From NCBI GenBank assembly GCA_964016885.1, contig OZ024747.1, positions 34,162,001 through 34,226,000 on the forward strand: 64,000 nt of DNA, read 5' to 3'. Under the pieces are notes generated by a model that saw nothing but the letters and a program-made list of their open reading frames with translations, was not told where the DNA came from and ran no database searches. The position numbers and the translations under genes are program-made. The DNA comes from Eledone cirrhosa. Taxonomy: Eukaryota. Position 1 is the stretch's first letter, and every line of letters starts with the position of its first letter. Shown piece after piece: positions 12,591 through 23,559 of this stretch.

Positions 12591-12790
12591 TTGCCCAAGG
12601 ACATAACGCATCGCCTGGTCCAGAGTTCGATTCTGGACCAGGCGATGCGTTATGTCCTTGGGCAAGACACTTTATTTCACGTTGCTCCTTCTACCTGGAG
12701 TTGCGACCGATAGATAGTATTAGCAATTGGAAAGACCAACGGAAACATTGTTCCCTCGGTCCGATTTGACGAAAGTCGATCGTCTTCCTA
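12587..12790 (+). mobile_element. 5'-truncated CORE-type SINE with a perfect 38-bp fold-back at its B box
   Basis: 12587-12624 is the exact reverse complement of 12632-12669 around loop GTTCGAT; body homologous to the SINE at 9643-9910. Confidence 0.85.
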
Positions 12791-12880
<90 letters not shown>

Positions 12881-12886
<6 letters not shown>

Positions 12887-13432
12887 GAGAAGAAAGAAGA
12901 GTACTGCATGGTTTGCACATGGGTTACAAATGATAAAAATAGTCCTTCGTCAGTGATTTTCCAACCATCATTAGTATTTCGTCGCATTAAAAATCAGATA
13001 CCTCAGGTTGGTGCGAGCAATAACTAAAATAAGTTATTGGGACCAGTAATCGCACAAAGCGAGGGGGACAAGTGAACAACATAGAAGGATAAAAACAAAC
13101 CAAAGAAAGGAAATAAACAAGCAACATGGTAGTCCTGGTCAACAAAAGCTGGGTGGATTTCATGAATGAAAGGAACAGATGTCCGACGTGAGTGAGATGT
13201 AAGCAAGAAGAGGCCCACTGTTAGCCAAACGGGAGGAAGTGAGAAGGGGAGAACAGAGAGTGAGTGAGTGGAAGTGCGAGGAAGAGGTCAGTCGAGAGAA
13301 AGTGTAACTGACAGAGGGGGCGAAAGAAGGTGAGGGAAACAGAGAGAGCGGGGAAGCAGTAAGAGAGAAACAGACAAACGCAGCCGAGGTAAATAAATAT
13401 AAAAAACATGAGAAGAAAGAAGAATACTACGT
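12881..13432 (-). mobile_element. About 550-bp non-coding pLTR/retrozyme-like element with 27-bp terminal direct repeats, carrying the unusual hammerhead
   Basis: AAACATGAGAAGAAAGAAGARTACTRC at 12881 and 13404; flanked by (TA)n; partial copies at 12241-12432 (opposite strand), 12467-12540 and 31741-32112. Confidence 0.8.
12940..13045 (-). ncRNA. Candidate non-canonically ordered hammerhead ribozyme, copy 2 (intact box C/D kink-turn)
   Basis: Reverse complement reads TGGTCC..TCGCA CCAAC CTGA GGTA TC TGATTTT TAA TGCGA C GAAA TACT AAT GATG GTTGG AAAATCA CTGACGA A GGACTA. Confidence 0.7.
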
Positions 13433-13504
13433 AGTATATATATATATATATATATATAAATGAAAAGTATAGCAGTTGTTGTAGCGAGAAGCTAACAGTG
13501 TTCC

Positions 13505-13566
<62 letters not shown>

Positions 13567-13736
13567 AAATTAAGATAAATTGAATTAAATTAATTTAAAT
13601 CAAATTAAATTAAACAGTCATGCCAGGTAGACATATCACCCGTAAAATATGCTCCAAGATTCTAATGAGTAGAACCGAGCATTTTACCCCCTGTGATTGT
13701 TTCATATGTTTATTTATATGTCAATTAATTTCTAGT

Positions 13737-13784
<48 letters not shown>

Positions 13785-13915
13785 GTGAGGTTTTTTATTT
13801 ACAAATTGAAAAATAACCGGTGTCCTACACGAGTGAAAGTATAAAGAAAAAAAGATGAAATCGAAAATGCTACTGGAGTCTTATTTAAAAAAAATATATA
13901 TATATGCATTTGGTT

Positions 13916-13953
13916 CCTTTACCGGTTTCGCAGTTCTTCTGCTTTTCAAAAGG
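13916..13953 (-). ncRNA. Minimal type I hammerhead, U3-A8 core variant
   Basis: Reverse complement CCTT TTGAAAA GCAG-AAGAA-CTGC GAAA CCGG TA AAGG. Confidence 0.72.
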
Positions 13954-14787
13954 TGAGTTGAGATGGAGGGTCTGTGGTTTTTCTCATATCTGGTTGGTCT
14001 CTGAATGTAACTTGTTTTATATGGAAAAAGTGGCTCGAAATGCCAGGTTTTTCGAGAAGTAATTTGATTGGTTTGTCAATAATTATAATAAATTTCGCGC
14101 CAGTTCGCGTTACATTACTTCTTTAAATAAGAGCGGGGTTGTCACGGGTTGTTTTTTCATATATGAGTGTTTGAATTTCTTTTTACTTGAAAAAAGGGGC
14201 TCACGAATTTTTTTTTGGTTGGTTATAAATGAAATTATGACTGTCACGTGAACAAGTTTTCATTAAATTTTCGTGCCCTTATTTGGAAACCGATTCTGTA
14301 GCCTTTTTAGAGAATTTTATGATATGTGAAAGATAATGGTCAAGAGAAAGGGATGGGAGAATTGTTCTGGTTCAGTGAATATGGTTAGTTCGCTGGGGTG
14401 TCAGAATTCAGATTTTCTATTGAATAAAGATATGTATGTTTATTTGTGTGCTTGTGTGTGTGTGTGTGTGTGTTGTGTGTGTGTGTGTTTGAATTTCTTT
14501 ACTTAAAAAAAGGTGGCTCACGAAGGCTTTTTTTAAAATAAACGTGATTTGATTGGTTATAAATGAAATTTGGCTGTCACGTGAACAAGTTTTCATTACA
14601 TTTCCGCGCTCTTATTTGGAAATCTATTCTGTAGCCTTTATAGAGAATGTTATGACAAGGGAAATATAGTGGTCAAGAGAAATGGGATTGGGAGAATTGT
14701 TCTGGTTCAGTGAATATGGTTAGTTCGCTGGGGTGTCAGAGTTCAGATTTTCTATTGAAGTAAAGATATGTATGTTTATTTGTGTGC

Positions 14788-14854
<67 letters not shown>

Positions 14855-15295
14855 TATTGGAAGATGATTCTATTAGTAGAAATGGGGGAGAGAGTTGTGT
14901 GTGTGTGTATATGGGTGTTATGTGTGTGTGTGTGCGAGTATGTTAAGATGGAGAGAATATATATTTTGTGTGTGTGTATATATGTGTGTAGGAAAGTGGT
15001 TCTATTAGTAGAAATGATGGAGGGAGTTGAGGGTGTGGGGGTTGTTATGTGTGTGTATGGGTGTTATGTGTGTGGGAGTATGGTTAGCATGTTAAGATGA
15101 AGAGAATATATATATATATATTGTGTGTGTGTGTAGGAATATTTTTGAATGAACATATTTTCCTTACTTATTCGTATTTGTTCTGTTGTATTGTCGGTGC
15201 AAACGTATGTTAAGGTTTATTTAGTTCGGGTTTTTATTTTCTAAAGTAGGTGTTATGTGTGTGTATGTCATATTATGGTGCTGACATAATGTATA

Positions 15296-15778
15296 TTAAA
15301 CCATATTTAATGCTGGTCTATATTTTTGAATAAACACATTTTCCTTATTTATTCGTATTTGTTCTGTTCTATTGTTAGCGGAAAGGTAAAATGGGAAGAC
15401 TTGGAATTTGGGTGTCTGATTACTTGCGCAAATGTCTAGATGTGCACTTAGTGGTATGTGTCTCGTGGTTGGATCTCGTAATTGTTGGCGATGAACTGTC
15501 ATTCTGTTTCTGAGTGTGGGTTTAGTTTGTCCTATATAATCTTCATTACATCCTTTACATTTAATGGCATAAAGTAGATTTTTTGATGAGCAAGTGAAGT
15601 GATTTTTTACAGTAAAATTTTGTCCTGATTTAAATGTATACGTGTTGCCTTCAATGAGGTGAGTGCAGGTTCCACAATTAGAGCGACCACATTTTTTGAT
15701 ACTTGGTTGTGGGTTTGTGGTAGGTAATTTGGCATTGGTGAGTAATGTTTTCAGTGATTTTGGTTGTCTTTTGGCTTT
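15296..15778 (-). pseudogene. Neptune PLE C-terminus: Cx4CxxC linker plus GIY-YIG endonuclease (open frame, 5'-truncated)
   Basis: Reads KKCGRSNCGTCTHL...FTCSSKNLLYAIKCKGCNEDYIGQT...RMTVHRQQ...LSAHL...KENVFIQKYRPALN. Confidence 0.9.
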
Positions 15779-16109
15779 TCAAATAAGGGCACTAAAATTT
15801 AATGAAAACTTGTTCACGTGACCCATAATTTCATTTATAACCAACCAAAAAAAGCCTTCGTGAGCCCCTTTTTTCAAGTAAAAAGAAATTCAAACACACA
15901 TATATGAAAAAACAACCTGTGACACCCCCCTCTTATTTGAAGAACTATTGTAATGCGAACTGGCGCGAAATTTATTATAATTATTGACAAACCAATCAAA
16001 TTACTTCTCGAAAAACCTGGCATTTCGAGCCACTTTTTCCATATAAAACAAGTAACATTCAGAGACCAACCAGATGTGAGAAAAACCACAGACCCTCCAT
16101 CTTAACTCA

Positions 16110-16147
16110 CCTTTTGAAAAGCAGAAGAACTGCGAAACCGGTAAAGG
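16110..16147 (+). ncRNA. Minimal type I hammerhead, U3-A8 core variant
   Basis: CCTT / TTGAAAA / GCAG-AAGAA-CTGC / GAAA / CCGG / TA / AAGG. All three stems pair; palindromic stem III (ACCGGT). Confidence 0.75.
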
Positions 16148-16230
16148 AACCAAATAAATATATATATTTAAAAAAAAATAAGTCTCCAGTTGCATTTTCG
16201 ATTTCATCTTTTTTTCCTTATATATATATA

Positions 16231-16795
16231 CTGTATGCGTATGTCCGTCGGGGCATACGTATGTACTGGCCTAAATCTTCACTATTTACTTTTACTATTT
16301 TAATAACCTCTGTCATTTGGGTTTTCAATTTTTATTTACATCATTCTTAAACTCCGAGGCTGGAAATCATTCTGTTATTTTAAATGGAATATTACTCTAA
16401 CGACTCCATTTATACCATAAACTTGGTCTTGTCTTTTGATGTAATAGTTCTTCCCGCTCCACATAACGACGTATTGTCCTCGCTTTTTTTTCCCGTTTAT
16501 TGCCAGGGAACGTCTACACGAACCAGAATATAGTCTTCCTGTTTTCGTTCGGTTGGAACGTTTCTCGAAATATTTACTTCTGCATTCACAGATTACTCTC
16601 AGTTCAATTTGAATGGGAAATTCCTGTTTCATCGATTTTCTCCGTACCCATGGACGTTTGTACCATAAAAGTCAACCCAACGCCTGCTCGGGTCATTCTG
16701 CATGACTGTAAATTTTCGCTGCATTCCACCAAGCCGTTTATTCGACTACAACTACTTAATTAAATATACAACGACCGACCACTTCCAATTTATAT
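16231..16795. repeat. Unclassified interspersed repeat; a diverged inverted relative lies at about 17400-17830
   Basis: 16300-16590 aligns in reverse complement with 17430-17830, which has an internal tandem duplication of about 140 bp. Confidence 0.65.
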
Positions 16796-16798
16796 AGT

Positions 16799-16873
<75 letters not shown>

Positions 16874-16919
16874 TATACTATATATATATATATATATTAG
16901 AAAGTGAAAAATAACAGAT

Positions 16920-17245
16920 TTATACATATATATATAAGGATAAAATAGGAAATCGAAAATGCAACTGGAGTCTTATTTTTTTTAAATATATATATTTATT
17001 TGGATCCTTTAACGGTTTCGCAGTTCTTCCGCTTTTCAAAAGTAGAGTTGAGATGGAGGACCTGTGGTTTTTCTCACATCTGAGATGTGAGAAAACCCGC
17101 GGACCTTCCATCTCAACTCTACTTTTGAAAAGCAGAAGAACTGCGAAACCGTTAAAGGAGCCAAATAAATATATATATTTAAAAAAAAAGACAATAGTTG
17201 CATTTTTCAATTTCATCTTTTATCCTTATATATATATATATGTAT
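16920..17245. repeat. Fold-back palindrome of the Neptune pLTR end (arms about 160 bp, centre about 17082), with a slightly decayed U3-A8 hammerhead in each arm
   Basis: CTCACATCT-G-AGATGTGAG centre; arms match 16060-16230. Confidence 0.88.
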
Positions 17246-17256
17246 ATATATGTATA

Positions 17257-17368
17257 AATCTGTTATTTTAATAAATATTTGCTCTACGGTTCTTATATAT
17301 TTGATATATATTTATCCTTATCGAATATATAAGAACTGTGGAGCAAATATTTATTAAAATAACAGATT
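17257..17368. repeat. Short fold-back (arms about 44 bp) of a repeat also present at 32460-32567
   Basis: AATCTGTTATTTTAATAAATATTTGCTC... pairs with ...GAGCAAATATTTATTAAAATAACAGATT. Confidence 0.8.
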
Positions 17369-18479
17369 AAAGTTTAAGCAAAGATCGCTACTTTCACCTT
17401 TAACGGTATTTTCTGAAACTAAAAAAAATCAATATGTGAACGCAGAAGTAAATATTTCAAAAAGCGTTGCAACCGAAGGAAGACAGGAAGACGATACTTT
17501 GGTTCGTGGAAGCGTTCCCTGGCAAATAACGGATAAAAACGAAGATAATACGTAATTAATTGGAGCGTTGAAAACAAGTACAAGCAAAGAGAAAACCACG
17601 TTTACGGTATAAATGAAGTCGTAGACTAATATTCTATTAGCTGGTTCGTGGAGACGTTATCTGGCAATGAACGGAAAACACGAAGATAATACGTCATTAT
17701 GTGGAGCGGTGAGAACAATTACGCGCAAAAACAAAACCACGTATGTGGGATAACTGAAGTCGTAGGCTAAAATTCTATTTAAGAAACCGAATGATTCTCG
17801 GCTTCAGAGTTAAGAATAAAGTAAATAAATTACAGAGGTAATTGAAATTAAATATATACATGCACGCATCCATATACGTACATACACAAGCATACGCGAA
17901 AACACCCGCAATGGGTATCCAAATACAAGCACGTACACAAAAATCACGCACGCATATATAGAACCCACGCAACGCCTGTACCCGCACACATACGACCGTA
18001 TACACCAAATACACATACAAATATATATAAAATATATATATATATATATCTGCGTGCGTGTGCGTGTATACATATAATTATATAACTGTATATAAATATA
18101 CACGCATAAATATGCATATAACGCGCACACACATACCTACATGTAAATACACATATGTACACAGACGTACGTCAACCAAACACAAAGTACGCATACGTAC
18201 TCTACATACGTACGAACCCGCATTCTCACACAGACGCAGAACCCACGTATTCACATAACCGTATGTACCAGTATATAATATATACGCCATAACATATACA
18301 AGCAAATATACGTACGAAAATGTATACGTACCTTCACAAAACATACAGGCAATACATACTTACCTATACAAATATGTAATGGTATAAATATAACATATAC
18401 TTAGCTACCACATCAATACGTAAATATCCGCGTATAGTTCGTACTATCCGTTAGGGTATAATGTGGGGCTGTAATACAG

Positions 18480-18910
18480 GAAAGTTTTGTGCAATTTATG
18501 TTTACAAGCTGAAATTGCCTCAGATCTTTTGTTTAAGATGTGGTCTTTGGCATAGTGTATTTCCAGGGCCTCAGTGGCGCAGAGGTCACATGGCCTTTTA
18601 TTTCCGTTATACGATCTAGCCTAAGTTAGGATCTCACAGTGTAACTAATACAGGGTGTGGTTGTCTTTTAGACTCTAGATATAGGCTAAAAGCGACATCA
18701 TATTCCTTCTTAAATGGCTAAGAAAAGAATGGGTATGCATGCAAAGACAGCTACTTGAATCTATTGGCGGTTTACCCTATGTAGGCCCTACGGGACTAGC
18801 GTGTTTCAACCTTACATTTGTAGACAATGTTACTAGAGAGGCATTTCCCGTAAAAGGGAAATGCCTCGACAGATGAATAATGCTTGCATGTAACAGGTTT
18901 ATATTTCTTA
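18480..18910 (-). pseudogene. Decayed Hydra-type PLE GIY-YIG fragment
   Basis: GKCLSSNIVYKCKVETR*..AYIG*TANRFK and a downstream CDLC motif. Confidence 0.75.
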
Positions 18911-19097
18911 TTCCATAGTATATTTATAAATATTTTCGTTATCCTTTGAAGTTCTGAAGAGCCACTCCATTTTTTACCTAAGTTACTTATCTTCATCTGA
19001 ACCAGATCAATAATGATCTATAATCAATTGATCCAGAAACATTATATGGAGTAGCGAAACAAATGTAAACGGACATTATTATTATTATCATTATTAA

Positions 19098-19490
19098 AGG
19101 GCTCTGAATTGGCAGTATCGGTAGAATGTCGGACGCCATGCTTTGACGCATAGAGTTACGGCCCTTGCCATTCTGAGTTCAAATCTCGCCAAGTTTAACT
19201 TTGCCTTTCATCCTTACGGGGTCGATAAAATAAAGTACCAGTAATACATTGGGTAATTGCTGTCCTTGTGCCAAAAGTAGAAACAATTATTATCATTATT
19301 AACGGTGGATTGGCAGTTCGGTAGAGGGTCGGACGCCAAGTTTTGCAGCAAAGAGTTACGGCCCTTTATGGTCTATGTTCAAATTCCGCCGTGGTTAACT
19401 TTGCCTTTCATCCTTACGGGGTAGATAAAATAAAGTACCAGTAATGTACTGGATATTTGCTGGCCTTGTGCCGAACGTAGAAACAATTAT
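19098..19490 (+). mobile_element. Two tandem tRNA-derived Meta-domain SINEs
   Basis: Each has an A box TGGCAGTATCGGTAG, B box GAGTTCAAATC, central TTTGCCTTTCATCCTTACGGGGTCGATAAAATAAAGTACCAG and an ATT tail. Confidence 0.82.
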
Positions 19491-19789
19491 TACATATTAC
19501 ATTAAATGTCTCTAGATATTATATATCCATTACTGTATATACTATAAGTAAACTATACTAGTTATATTAAAAGGTGGTAACTTTATGTTTAATTCTAATA
19601 GTTATTGTAGAGTATAAGGTTAGAGATAAATAGGAGATGTGTAGAGGAAAAAGGTGATAAAAGATTGTGTTGCTGTGGGGGCTGATACGTCCTAGAGGTG
19701 AAGTGTTAATGGTGGTGCGGAATTCGAATCTGACATTGTTATATACTAGCATCTAGGTTTAAAATTATGGAACTAGTGTCGGTAGTGGT

Positions 19790-20410
19790 GCTGACATGAG
19801 GAAAATACCTCTGATTTTCTATTTAGGAGGTCCAGTTTCGAAAATATTATAGTACAAGTCTCTAGAAGACAGAAGTTACACAATTTATACGGTGGTTTAT
19901 ACGATGTGGACCTACCTACTACCCCCATTGAATTTTAAATGGTCTATTCTTAGTTTTCAGAAAGTGTACATAGCTAGATAAAGAAGTGGAGTTAGCTAGG
20001 TTGTGTTTTTTGAAAGAGTGGTGGTGCGAGTTGTATCTCATCTTGAAGCAGTTCGAAGTAGAGCCAATATATGTTTTAGAACAGATGTTTGCGTTGACCG
20101 TGCGTGAGTAAATGATGTCTTTGATTAATAACAATAGGAATGACAATAGGAATGACAACCATCATTACCCTAATGCTATCCCTAGCAACCAGACTTCTAC
20201 ACAACATAGTAACCGGCAAGCAAACATCCAGAATAAATGTAACTTTAGAACTAATAGAACTTACCCCTTAGGTAATAATTGCTTAATCAAAGACATCATT
20301 TACATGCACGGTCAACGCAAACAACTCTTCTAAAACATATATTGGCTCTACTTCGACTGCTTCAAGACGAGATACAAGTCGCACATCCACTCTTTCAAAA
20401 AACGCAAACG
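19790..20410. pseudogene. Two inverted Hydra-type PLE GIY-YIG fragments (19790-20105 minus; 20112-20410 plus)
   Basis: KTYIGSTSNCFKMRYNSH..STSLSSYV on minus; KCNFRTNRTYPLGNNCLIKDIIY..TYIGS on plus. Confidence 0.8.
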
Positions 20411-20461
20411 ATTGTCAGCAATTACATTTTTTGAACACAACTTTGATAATTGTCTAATTTA

Positions 20462-20531
<70 letters not shown>

Positions 20532-20744
20532 AGGAGTTGAGTTTTATTGTAGTACAATAAAGCAATGCAGATATCGGATAAGTAGCACTCTACAGTTTGT
20601 AGGACTGGAGTATATATAATATATAAGATCAAAAGATGGTTACAAGAGTTCCATGTATTTTATTATGCGCATTTCAAAAACATATGTGTTGATTTAAAAC
20701 TGCACTATTCACAAGTGTTTTTTAACCTTCATATCATGTCTCCC

Positions 20745-20815
20745 TATTTTATCTGACGAAAACGCAAATGTCATCGCATTATGATATTTGTTTTTGAAAT
20801 GCGCATAATAAAATA
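20745..20815 (+). ncRNA. Type I hammerhead with palindromic minimal stem III in a PLE pLTR
   Basis: TATTTTAT CTGACGA [hairpin] GAAA TGCGCA TA ATAAAATA; same family at 34225-34306 (+) and 32611-32681 (-, GAAA>GAGA). Confidence 0.85.
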
Positions 20816-20965
20816 CATGGAACTATTTTAACCATCTTTTGATCTTATATATATATATATATATATAAAAAAACATAAATTATCGAGATTCGCATTTTGG
20901 CCCACGAAATAACGAAATAACGAAAAACAACCTCCGAGATGTGAGGCAAGTGCTCAATGATTCAT

Positions 20966-20999
<34 letters not shown>

Positions 21000-21026
21000 G
21001 TAATTATATATATATGTATATATATA

Positions 21027-21114
<88 letters not shown>

Positions 21115-21119
21115 TTATA

Positions 21120-21174
<55 letters not shown>

Positions 21175-21177
<3 letters not shown>

Positions 21178-22107
21178 AATTAATATATCTACCGACATGT
21201 GTATACAGATGCTTACCTACGCTAGCAGATATATATGTTTTGTCTTAGTAACTTTGTAGTTCAATGCAGGGGAATGCAGAACAATTATATGAAAGACGTA
21301 AATAAGAAAGTTATGAAAATTGACTTACTTACTAAAATTTCACTCCAACTAATTAGTTTCTGTAAGGGGATAAATACAGTTACGCAATACCTGTAGAGAA
21401 ACCTTACGTCATCAGGGAGTCTATTCTCAGCTAACCCACCAGGCAATGCGGGGACACTGGAAGCTTATATAACAATAATTCAGTGGATGGAAAAAATCGA
21501 AAAAATCGAGCGGGGCTAGATTTAAGCACTGAAAAATTCGCTTCCTCCTTGGTCAAGTGGCAAATTCAAAAGAATTAATCACGTGACACTGAGGTTAACC
21601 AGCTTGGAGTAGGGGTGCTATTAAGACGGAGCCTAGCTACTACTATCAGTCACAGTAGTAATTTGGCAAATTTTGCTCAACAAATAATTTGGAGAAGAAT
21701 ATAAAAATTAATATATCTACCGACATATGTATACAGATGCATACCTACGCTAGCAGATATATATGTTTTGTCTTAGTAACTTTGTAGTTCAATGCAGGGG
21801 AATGCAGAACAATGATATGAAAGACGTAAATAAGAAAGTTATGAAAATTGACTTACTTACTAAAATTTCACTCCAACTAATTAGTTTCTGTAAGGGGATA
21901 AATACAGTTACACAATACCTGTAGAGAAGCCTTACGTCATCAGGGAATCTATTCTCAGCGAAGCCACCAGGCAATGCGGGGACACTGGAAGCTTATATAA
22001 CAATAAATCAGTGGATGGGAAAAAAGCGAACAAATCGAGCGGTAACTAATTAGTTGGAGTGAAATTTTACTAAGTAAGTCAATTTTCATAACTTTCTTAT
22101 TTACGTC

Positions 22108-22112
<5 letters not shown>
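21175..22112 (-). mobile_element. PLE pLTR partial tandem (unit about 528 bp) with a short inverted tip
   Basis: 21180-21510 repeats at 21708-22040; 22043-22112 is inverted; a relative lies at 34840-35245 (+). Confidence 0.85.
21342..21420 (-). ncRNA. Type I hammerhead with extended stem II and palindromic stem III
   Basis: Reverse complement ACTCC CTGATGA C GTAAGG...CCTTAC A GAAA CTAATTAG TT GGAGT; second copy at 21870-21948. Confidence 0.85.
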
Positions 22113-22146
<34 letters not shown>

Positions 22147-22147
<1 letters not shown>

Positions 22148-22285
22148 CGAAGGAAATGTGGTAAGGAACCAGGTGGACCATAACGCACCAAAGTACTCAA
22201 TACTTGAGGTAGTAGAGTGGGTAATAGGAACCAGTAAGACCCCGACAGCTGAGCTCAAGCCGTTTCGACGGCTAATTCTGGACTA
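22147..22285 (-). mobile_element. Hydra-type PLE pLTR terminal fragment (contains the 3' half of the U3-A8 hammerhead)
   Basis: Matches the reverse complement of 59915-60053. Confidence 0.85.
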
Positions 22286-22494
22286 TTATATATATATATA
22301 ACTTTGATAATTGTCTAACTTATTTTCCTGCTCTGTAAAACACCTGATGTTCTTACATTGAGCTATTTCTCTGACTGGTAATAAGGTATTAGGAAATTAC
22401 TGATTTTCCTGTTTATAGTTGTTTATAGTATATACATAACTATAAATAGTATCATTATTATTATTACTACATACATTATTATTATTACATACAT

Positions 22495-22890
22495 GTGGAT
22501 TGGCAATATCGGTAGAGGGTCGGACGCCATGCTTTGCAGCAAAGAGTTACGGCCCTGTATGGTCTGAGTTCAAATCCCGCCGAGGTTAACTTTGCCTTTC
22601 ATATTTACAGGGTCGATAAAATAAAGTACCAGTAATACACTGGGTAATTGCTGGCCTTGTGCCAAAAGTAGAAACAATTATTATTATTACATACATAAAG
22701 GGCGGTGAATTGGCAGTATCGGTAGAGGGTTGGACGTCATGCTTTCTAGCATAGTTATGTCTCTTTACATTCTGAGTTCAAATCCCGCCGAGGTTAACTT
22801 TGCCTTTCATCCTTACGGGGTCGATAAAATAAAGTACCAGTAATGTACTGGGTAATTGCTGGCCTTGTGCCTAAAGTAGTAACAATTATT
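22495..22890 (+). mobile_element. Two tandem Meta-domain SINEs
   Basis: Same A/B boxes and central domain as 19098-19490. Confidence 0.82.
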
Positions 22891-23559
22891 ACATACATAT
22901 ATATGCATATGTGTATGTGTGTGTGTTTACCAAGTCGTTATTAAGTATCTATATTGGCTCTTGATTGTATATAGAGATACCTTACCACTTCTTGACTATA
23001 CCTCATTGTTTATTTCATTCTTTTCCTTCTGTGAATGTAATCTTTTTATCTGTATCCAAATGTCTCTCTAATAATTGATACTATTTATATCACAAATGCT
23101 AAATTTTACAAACCTACACATACATAGAAGATGAAGTTTACAAGTTGTTATACATGCAAACACACGCTGACACACACACACACACACATACACCCCACGC
23201 ACACGCACATATAAACGTGGAGGCACTCGAGAGTGTTTGTAACAATTTGTGAAAATCCAGCTTTTGTGATTTTAATAGCATCAATTATTAGAGTGACATT
23301 TAAACACAAACCTGAAGATGATCTAAACATAGATTTCCATAAAGAAATTGATACTTTCGTAAGAGGAAATAGTAAAATACAGAAAGAAAGAGGGAAAGGG
23401 CGAGATAGAGAAAGGAAGAGGGGAGAGAGAGAGAGATAGAGGAATCAAGAGGGGAGAGAGGAATATAGAGAAATATAGTTAGGAGAGAGTGAGACAGAAC
23501 TTTTAGGAGACAAGAACAAAGGATGATGCGAAAGAGAAAGTGGGTGGAAGATAGAGATT

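Larger units (their letters stand above)
13780..16230 (-). mobile_element. 5'-truncated Neptune-type PLE: pLTR/3' UTR plus GIY-YIG domain, with an inverted pLTR at the truncation point
   Basis: About 13850-14285 is inverted relative to about 15780-16225; internal duplication of about 330 bp (14160-14480 / 14490-14800); GIY-YIG coding sequence at 15296-15778. Confidence 0.85.

Noticed and set aside
18951-18970. CTGAAGA motifs here and at 23312
   Set aside because: No properly placed GAAA/stem III/stem I partners; at most truncated remnants.
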